Assembly (NCBI GenBank): GCA_963764715.1
Contig: CAVXTP010000018.1
Location: 11,966 to 75,965, forward strand
Reading direction: 5' to 3'
Length of the DNA: 64,000 nucleotides
DNA from: an uncultured Acidobacteriota bacterium
GTDB taxonomy: Bacteria > Acidobacteriota > Thermoanaerobaculia > UBA5066 > Gp7-AA6
Shown: positions 58,434 to 64,000 of the stretch, piece by piece
Numbering within the stretch: the first letter of the stretch is position 1
Layout: each line of letters opens with the position of its first letter
Notes under the pieces: model-generated
Told to the model about the DNA's origin: nothing
The model's input: the letters and a program-made list of their open reading frames with translations, nothing else
Database searches by the model: none
Program-made: the position numbers and the translations under genes

Positions 58434-58474
58434 GCGCGGCCAATCAAATCACGCGCCGCGCCCACGCCGGACTC

Positions 58475-58563
58475 GGGGTCAGGTGTTCGAGTTTTCGGAG
58501 CTCCAACGGCTCGCGATCACGCCGCGCGAGCCCCGGAGCTCCGGAAACCGAAGACCTGACCCC
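58475..58563. repeat. REP/MITE-like long inverted repeat GGGGTCAGGT...ACCTGACCCC
   Basis: About 30-bp imperfect arms around an internal hairpin; intergenic. Confidence 0.7.
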
Positions 58564-58655
58564 CTCGAAGCGCGCAAGCTGCTTGCGGGGTTTGGCTTTT
58601 TGGCGCAACCCCTCGAAGCCCGCGGGACTCGCGGGCTGTCAACCCCCGAAGAGGC

Positions 58656-59174
58656 CTATCCCGCCGTCTCTTCCTTGTTGGACTTGCGCGTCATGTAGGA
58701 GAGCGGCCGGTCCTTCTCGCCTTCCTCGCGGTCGAAGTCGAGGACCTGCTGGAAGAGCTCGATCATCTTCTGGAGCTGCAGGCGGAAGTTCACGCGCTGG
58801 ACCTTGAGCTCCTGGATCGCCTTCTCGATCTCGGCGGAGCGCTGGAGGGCGTTGTGCGTCAGCTTCTCGCCGGAATCCTGCGCCTCGCGCACGATGAGCT
58901 CGGCTTCCTTGCGGGCGGCCGAGCGGATGTCCTCCGAGGCCTGCTGGGCCGAGAGCAGCGTCTGCTTCAGGATGCGCTCCCGCTCGCGGTGCTCCTCGTT
59001 CTCCTGCTCGAGCGCGCGGAGCCGGCCCTCCAGGTTCGCGTTCTCGCGGGCGAGCATTTCCATGTCCTCGGCGACGTCCGTCAGGAAGGTCTGGACCTCG
59101 ACGGGATCGAGGCCCTTCCACTTCCGGGAGAACTCGCGCTTCTGAATCTCGAGGGGGCTCGTGCGGGGACGCAT
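58656..59174 (-). CDS. DivIVA-domain protein
   Basis: SPLEIQKREF....GLDP.EV..FL; coiled coil; A.KEAELIV. Confidence 0.9.
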   Translation of the reverse strand: MRPRTSPLEIQKREFSRKWKGLDPVEVQTFLTDVAEDMEMLARENANLEGRLRALEQENEEHRERERILKQTLLSAQQASEDIRSAARKEAELIVREAQDSGEKLTHNALQRSAEIEKAIQELKVQRVNFRLQLQKMIELFQQVLDFDREEGEKDRPLSYMTRKSNKEETAG

Positions 59175-59191
59175 GGGGACCTCCAGTGTCT

Positions 59192-59485
59192 CTAGAGCGG
59201 CGCCGTGTAGGCCAGCCGCGCGACGAAACGCGTCAGCAGATAGATGACGAGCAGGACGAGCAGGGGAGAGATGTCGATGCCGCCGGTCTTCGACGGGGGC
59301 ACGAGGCGGCGGAACGGGCGGAAGAGCGGCTCGGTCACGCCCCAGAGAAAGCGCACGATCGGGTTGCGCGGGTCGGGATTGACCCACGAGATGAGGGCCG
59401 CGATGATCACGACCCACTGCAGGCCGGTCAGCAGCCACAGGATGGCGTCGAAGACCGCGCCCGCCGCCGAGCCCCCGACGTTCAC
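59192..59485 (-). CDS. yggT: YggT family membrane protein
   Basis: ISWVNPDPRNPIV...TEP..P.RR....GGIDISP. Confidence 0.92.
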   Translation of the reverse strand: MNVGGSAAGAVFDAILWLLTGLQWVVIIAALISWVNPDPRNPIVRFLWGVTEPLFRPFRRLVPPSKTGGIDISPLLVLLVIYLLTRFVARLAYTAPL

Positions 59486-60192
59486 GCCGGCTCCCGGGGA
59501 CCGAAGAGAGCCGTCCCGACCCGCACCTCGGTCGAGCCTTCCTCGACCGCGACCGCGAAGTCGTGGCTCATGCCCATGGAGAGCTCGGGGAGCGGCCGGC
59601 CGAACCGCTCCGCGAGGGCATCCCGGAGCCCGCGGAGCTCGCGGAAGAACGGCCTCGACTTCTCGGCGTCGGGGTCGTACGGCGGAACGGTCATCAGGCC
59701 GCGGACGTCGAGGTGCGGGCAGGCGAGCGCGGCCTCGGTGAGCCGGGGTGCGTCCTCGGGCAGGGCGCCCGCCTTCGACTCTTCCCGGCCGACGTTGATC
59801 TCGAGGAGCACCGGCAGCGTTCCGCCCTTCTCCGCCTGCAGCGCCTCCAGGCGCGCCGCAAGTCTTTCCCGGTCTAATGTTTCGATGGCCCGGAACCATT
59901 GTAGCGCCGTCCGGACCTTGTTCGTCTGCAAAGGTCCGATCAGGCGCCACTCGAGGTCCGGAAAATCTTCGCGGAGGGCCTCGATCTTGGCGGCTCCCTC
60001 CTGGACGCGGTTCTCCCCGAAGCGGGTGATCCCGGCGCGCGCGGCGAGCGCGACGGTTCCGGCGCTCTGCGTCTTGGTGACCGCCATGAGCGCGACGTCC
60101 TCGGGCCGGCGGCCGGCCCGGGCTGCGGCCGCGGCGATCGACGCGAGGATCCCGTCGCGCCGGCGCGCGATCTCCCCGGCGTCCCGGCTCAT
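59482..60192 (-). CDS. yggS: PLP homeostasis protein
   Basis: AVTKT, FGENRVQE, IGPLQTNK, GLMTVPP, LSMGMSHD, VRVGTALFG. Confidence 0.95.
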   Translation of the reverse strand: MSRDAGEIARRRDGILASIAAAAARAGRRPEDVALMAVTKTQSAGTVALAARAGITRFGENRVQEGAAKIEALREDFPDLEWRLIGPLQTNKVRTALQWFRAIETLDRERLAARLEALQAEKGGTLPVLLEINVGREESKAGALPEDAPRLTEAALACPHLDVRGLMTVPPYDPDAEKSRPFFRELRGLRDALAERFGRPLPELSMGMSHDFAVAVEEGSTEVRVGTALFGPREPA

Positions 60193-60626
60193 GACTCGCG
60201 GTGGAACTGCTCCCCGGCCATCTCGCGTTCGCTGGCGTCCGCGCCGAGGTTCGCCAGCCGGTCGGCTTTCTTGTTTTCCTCGCGCCGGACGTGGGAGATC
60301 GAGAACCGGCGAAACCCCTTCGCACGCCCGAGCGCCTCGAAGTAGAGCGGCTGGAGGTTCGGCGCCTTGACGCGGTAGCGTCCCAGCATCTGCTGGACGA
60401 GGAGGAGGCTGTCGGAGGCGATCGAGACCTCCGACGCCTGCCGCTCGGCGGCGCGCCGGAGCGCCAGCAGCAGGGCCCGGTACTCGGCGACGTTGTTGGT
60501 CTGGTGGCCGAGCGCCTCGAAGTGCTCCTCGGCCGGCAGGGTTTCCTCGGCCGAGACGTACACGCCGGCGCCGGCCGGCCCCGGGTTGCCGCGCGCGGCC
60601 CCGTCGATGAACGCCCGGAAGCGCAT
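60189..60626 (-). CDS. rnhA: Ribonuclease HI family protein
   Basis: IDGAARGNPGPAG, TNNVAEY, SDS.L, HVRREENKKADRLAN. Confidence 0.92.
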   Translation of the reverse strand: MRFRAFIDGAARGNPGPAGAGVYVSAEETLPAEEHFEALGHQTNNVAEYRALLLALRRAAERQASEVSIASDSLLLVQQMLGRYRVKAPNLQPLYFEALGRAKGFRRFSISHVRREENKKADRLANLGADASEREMAGEQFHRES

Positions 60627-60634
60627 GCCGGGCC

Positions 60635-61348
60635 TTAGGAGCTCTGCGGCTCGTAGTACAGGATCCGCTTGCAGCTGTCGCAGTAGATGATCTCCCGCCC
60701 CTGCTTCAGGATCTGCATCGCGGCCGGACGGATCTTGACGTGGCAGGCCGAGCAGGACCCGCCGATCGCCAGCACGACGGCGAGGCCGTGCTTCTTGTCG
60801 ATGAGGCGGCGGAACTCCGCGCGGTCGCGCGGAGGAATCTGCGCCTCGAGCTGCTCGATCTCCGACTTCGCGCTGCCGAGCTCGTCGTTGATCGCGCGCT
60901 GCTCGACGCGCCAGTCCTTCATCCGCTCTTCGTGCTGCTCGGTCTCCGCCGGCAGGGTCTTCTCGCGCGTCTCGAGGTCCGTCCGGGCGGTCTCGATCTC
61001 CTCCTCGAGCTCGAGGAACGTGTCCTCGGTCGAGCGGATCGCCTTCTCGACGCCGTCGATCTCGTTCAGCGCGGCGGAGTACTCGCGGCTCGACTGCACG
61101 TTGCGGAGCTGGGCCTGGTACTTCTTGAGTCTTTCCTTGAGGTCGGCGAGCTCGCCTTCGGCCTTGCGCCGCTCGAGCTCGGCCTGGGTCAGGCGGGCCT
61201 TGAGCTGGGCGGCGGCCTCGACCTTCTCCTTGTACTCCCGGTCGACCTCGACGAGATCGGGCGGGACCGTGTCGCGCTTCTTCTCGCGCTCGCGGACGAA
61301 CTGGATCCGGGTCTGGAGCCGGTAGAGCTGGGAGAGGAGGTCGCTCAT
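60635..61348 (-). CDS. Coiled-coil protein with C4 zinc ribbon (DUF164/CT398-like)
   Basis: Long coiled coil; CSACH...CDSCKRIL. Confidence 0.88.
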   Translation of the reverse strand: MSDLLSQLYRLQTRIQFVREREKKRDTVPPDLVEVDREYKEKVEAAAQLKARLTQAELERRKAEGELADLKERLKKYQAQLRNVQSSREYSAALNEIDGVEKAIRSTEDTFLELEEEIETARTDLETREKTLPAETEQHEERMKDWRVEQRAINDELGSAKSEIEQLEAQIPPRDRAEFRRLIDKKHGLAVVLAIGGSCSACHVKIRPAAMQILKQGREIIYCDSCKRILYYEPQSS

Positions 61349-61472
61349 CGCGACACCGCCGTGGCGGATCGGCCGCAGACGAAAAAGGGTGTTCCGGCTG
61401 TGGAACACCCTTGCGTTGACCGCGCGTTTGAGATTCGGTTCCGGATCAAAAGCCTCAATCGTCCGCCTTCGT

Positions 61473-61549
61473 TGGTGGGTCCACCCGGATTCGAACCGGG
61501 GTCTGACCGGTTATGAGCCGGTGGCTCTGGACCGCTGAGCTATGGACCC
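61473..61549 (-). tRNA. tRNA with CAT anticodon, probably Ile2 (lysidine); Met not excluded
   Basis: GGGTCCA/TGGACCC acceptor stem, CTCATAA loop, GGTTCGAATCC, CCA end; downstream of rpoD. Confidence 0.93.
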
Positions 61550-61591
61550 CGATGAATATAACAAAAGGGTCCGCTTGCCAAGCGGCGCTGA

Positions 61592-61672
61592 CAGGCGGCA
61601 GGAGGCAGACGTCAGGAGGCAGGCAAGGCGCGAGTTTTTCCTGCTTCCCGCCTCCTGCCTCCCGCCTCCTGA
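61592..61672. repeat. Inverted arrays of degenerate heptamers (CAGGAGG / CCTCCTG)
   Basis: 7-bp periodic arms forming a hairpin between rpoD and the tRNA. Confidence 0.65.
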
Positions 61673-61675
61673 TTC

Positions 61676-63370
61676 TCAGCGGATCGTCTCCAGGAACGGT
61701 TTGAGCTTCTTGGCCCGCGACGGGTGGCGGAGCTTCCGCAGGGCCTTCGACTCGATCTGCCGGATGCGCTCGCGCGTGACGTTGAACGACCGCCCCACCT
61801 CTTCGAGGGTGTGCTCGGACCCGTCGCCGACCCCGAAGCGCATCTTCAGGACCTGCTCCTCGCGGGGCGTCAGCGACTTGAGGACGCGGCGCGTCTGGTC
61901 CTGGAGATTCGAGACGAGCACCGCCTCGATCGGCGAGAGGACCTGCCGGTCCTCGATGAAGTCGCCCAGATGCGAATCTTCCTCTTCCCCGATCGGCGTC
62001 TCGAGCGAGATCGGCTCCTGCGCGATCTTCATGATCTTGCGCACCTTGGAGACCGGCATGTCCATGCGCTTGGCGATCTCCTCGGCGTTCGGCTCCCGGC
62101 CGAGCTCCTGGACGAGCGAGCGCGACGTGCGCGTGAGCTTGTTGATCGTCTCGATCATGTGGACCGGGATGCGGATCGTGCGGGCCTGGTCGGCGATGGC
62201 GCGCGTGATCGCCTGGCGGATCCACCACGTCGCGTACGTCGAGAACTTGTAGCCGCGGCGGTGCTCGAACTTCTCGACCGCCTTCATGAGGCCGATGTTG
62301 CCTTCCTGGATGAGGTCGAGGAACTGGAGGCCGCGGTTGGTGTACTTCTTCGCGATCGAGACGACGAGGCGGAGGTTCGCGACGATCAGCTCGTGCTTGG
62401 CCTGGTCCGCCTCCTCCTCGCCCTCGCGCACCATGCGGAGCGTCTTCTTCACGTCCTCGTGCGAGACGCCGAACTTCTGCTCGAGCTCGCGGAGCGACTT
62501 CTTGTACTTCGCGATCCGGCGCTTGTAGAAGTCGAGCCGCGTCGGGTTCTTCTCCTTCTTGAGCGTGTTGGTGTCCTGGCGGATCGTGATCTCGGGCACC
62601 GACATCTGGCGGTCGATGTCCTTGAGGATCCCGATGGCGCGGTTCAGGACGGCCGGCGTGAAGTCGGCCGCCCGGATGAGCTTGGCCATGTCGGCGATCT
62701 TCTTGTCGATCGACGACTCGATGCGCGCGAGGGTCTTGGTGCCCTTCTTCAGCGTGCGCGCCTTGAACTTCATCCGCTTGATGTCTTTGTCGAGGGCGCC
62801 GATCTTGCGGAAACTCGCGAGGATGCCCTCGATGCGCCGCGTCGAGCGGTCGTCGAGGTTCGGCTTCTCCTCCGGCTCCTCGTCGTCCTCGTCGGGGGCG
62901 TTGACGAGCTCGTCGACGATGCGGGTGTCGCGCCCCGCGTTCTCGAGGAGCTTCAGGATCTCCTCGAGGACGATCGGGTTGTTGGCGAGCGCCTGGTAGA
63001 TCTTGGCCTCGCCCTGCTCGATGCGCTTGGCGATGCGCACCTCGCCCTCGCGGTCGAGGAGCTTGACGGTGCCCATCTCGCGCAGGTACATCCGCACCGG
63101 GTCGTTGGTCTTCTCGACGGCCTCGCGGGCCTCGTCGGCCGACTCGGCGGCGTCGGCCGCCCGACGGCGCGCGGCCCGGTCGGGATCGGTGACGATCTCG
63201 ATGCCGACCTCGAAGAAGCGGGCGTAGATGGCTTCCAGGTCCCTCGGCGCGGCCGTCGCCTCGTCCGAAAGGATCGTGTGGATCTCTTCGTAGAGGATGT
63301 AGCCCTTTTCCCGGCCGCCCTTGAGCAGCACGCCGACTTCCGGGAACTTTTCCTCAATCGCCAAGTTCAT
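61676..63370 (-). CDS. rpoD: Primary sigma factor
   Basis: [61 protein letters not shown]. Confidence 0.97.
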   Translation of the reverse strand: MNLAIEEKFPEVGVLLKGGREKGYILYEEIHTILSDEATAAPRDLEAIYARFFEVGIEIVTDPDRAARRRAADAAESADEAREAVEKTNDPVRMYLREMGTVKLLDREGEVRIAKRIEQGEAKIYQALANNPIVLEEILKLLENAGRDTRIVDELVNAPDEDDEEPEEKPNLDDRSTRRIEGILASFRKIGALDKDIKRMKFKARTLKKGTKTLARIESSIDKKIADMAKLIRAADFTPAVLNRAIGILKDIDRQMSVPEITIRQDTNTLKKEKNPTRLDFYKRRIAKYKKSLRELEQKFGVSHEDVKKTLRMVREGEEEADQAKHELIVANLRLVVSIAKKYTNRGLQFLDLIQEGNIGLMKAVEKFEHRRGYKFSTYATWWIRQAITRAIADQARTIRIPVHMIETINKLTRTSRSLVQELGREPNAEEIAKRMDMPVSKVRKIMKIAQEPISLETPIGEEEDSHLGDFIEDRQVLSPIEAVLVSNLQDQTRRVLKSLTPREEQVLKMRFGVGDGSEHTLEEVGRSFNVTRERIRQIESKALRKLRHPSRAKKLKPFLETIR

Positions 63371-63998
63371 TTCCTTTCCGCGACTTCAGCTTCGCGATCC
63401 GCCGGTCTCTGTCCTGTTTGTCTCGAAGAAGCGAGTCGAGCTCCGCGTTGGGGCGGCCCGCAGCCTCCGCCTGCCGGATGGAGTGGAGAAGCGCCGCGCT
63501 CTCCGCCTCCAAGTGTTTGATTTCGAGGGCCTTGAGGAGCCTGTCGACGTCCTTCTCGGTCGGCTCGGGAGATTCATCCAGCGCGACGCCAGAGAGAAAC
63601 GTTCGCTCGTCCTCCGTAAGGTCTGCGATTTGCCTCTGAAAATCAACAGGTTCCGAGGCCCCGGCGGTCCTCCGGAAGGCGGAAACCACCCTTTTCACCC
63701 TCGGATCCGACAGGTATTCGTCCTTCAAAGTGCTTAGAATCAGCGAGTTGAGTTCGCCGGCGGCCAGGGCCCGGAGAATCTTCCTTTCTACGGCGGGCGC
63801 TGCCATGGCCGATAACGTGGCGCTATTCCCCGGCGTTCCCACATCTATAGAACGCGTAATCGGCGGCTTCAGGTTCGCCTTGTCGGCGCTCCAGAGGACT
63901 TCGAGGGGCACCGACACCGCCTCGGCCACCCGGCGGTACTCCTCGTACCGAAGGATCCGGTCGGGGATGGCGTTGACGATCTCGAGGATCCGGCCGAC
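63354..63998 (-). CDS. dnaG: DNA primase C-terminal region (5' end outside window)
   Basis: Frame open to the window edge ([23 protein letters not shown]); overlaps the rpoD start as in dnaG-rpoD operons. Confidence 0.75.
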   Translation of the reverse strand, partial: VGRILEIVNAIPDRILRYEEYRRVAEAVSVPLEVLWSADKANLKPPITRSIDVGTPGNSATLSAMAAPAVERKILRALAAGELNSLILSTLKDEYLSDPRVKRVVSAFRRTAGASEPVDFQRQIADLTEDERTFLSGVALDESPEPTEKDVDRLLKALEIKHLEAESAALLHSIRQAEAAGRPNAELDSLLRDKQDRDRRIAKLKSRKGNELGD

Positions 63999-64000
63999 GC

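Noticed and set aside
58475-58563. 6S RNA or SRP RNA candidate
   Set aside because: Too short for 6S, lacks the SRP loop motif, and the ends look like a REP-type repeat

Overview
High-GC bacterial chromosome segment; gene content and style suggest Acidobacteriota, possibly Thermoanaerobaculia (inference). It has three zones. (1) About 2.2-22 kb is a stress/low-oxygen-type cluster: P-type ATPase, Pat acetyltransferase, PfkB, CBS, two USPs, BON, PRTase, hydrolase, erythromycin-esterase-like protein and ferredoxin. It contains two paralogous Cys-rich PAS-LuxR regulators and eight copies of a 16-bp palindrome, TGATGC-N4-GCATCA, in promoter positions; a ninth copy lies at 28.9 kb. (2) About 22.2-37.1 kb holds two tandem integrase-less islands delimited by duplications of the tmRNA 3' end, with homologous island ends. 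One carries a selenocysteine formate dehydrogenase operon, the other otsAB plus a GH15 gene. (3) About 37.1-64 kb is core genome: ssrA, cutA, transsulfuration genes, thiG, panBC, ubiA/ubiX, comEA, selB, polA, hutI, the divIVA/yggT/yggS/rnhA cluster, tRNA(CAT), rpoD and partial dnaG. All calls were made by eye from the sequence and ORF track; no database searches were run.
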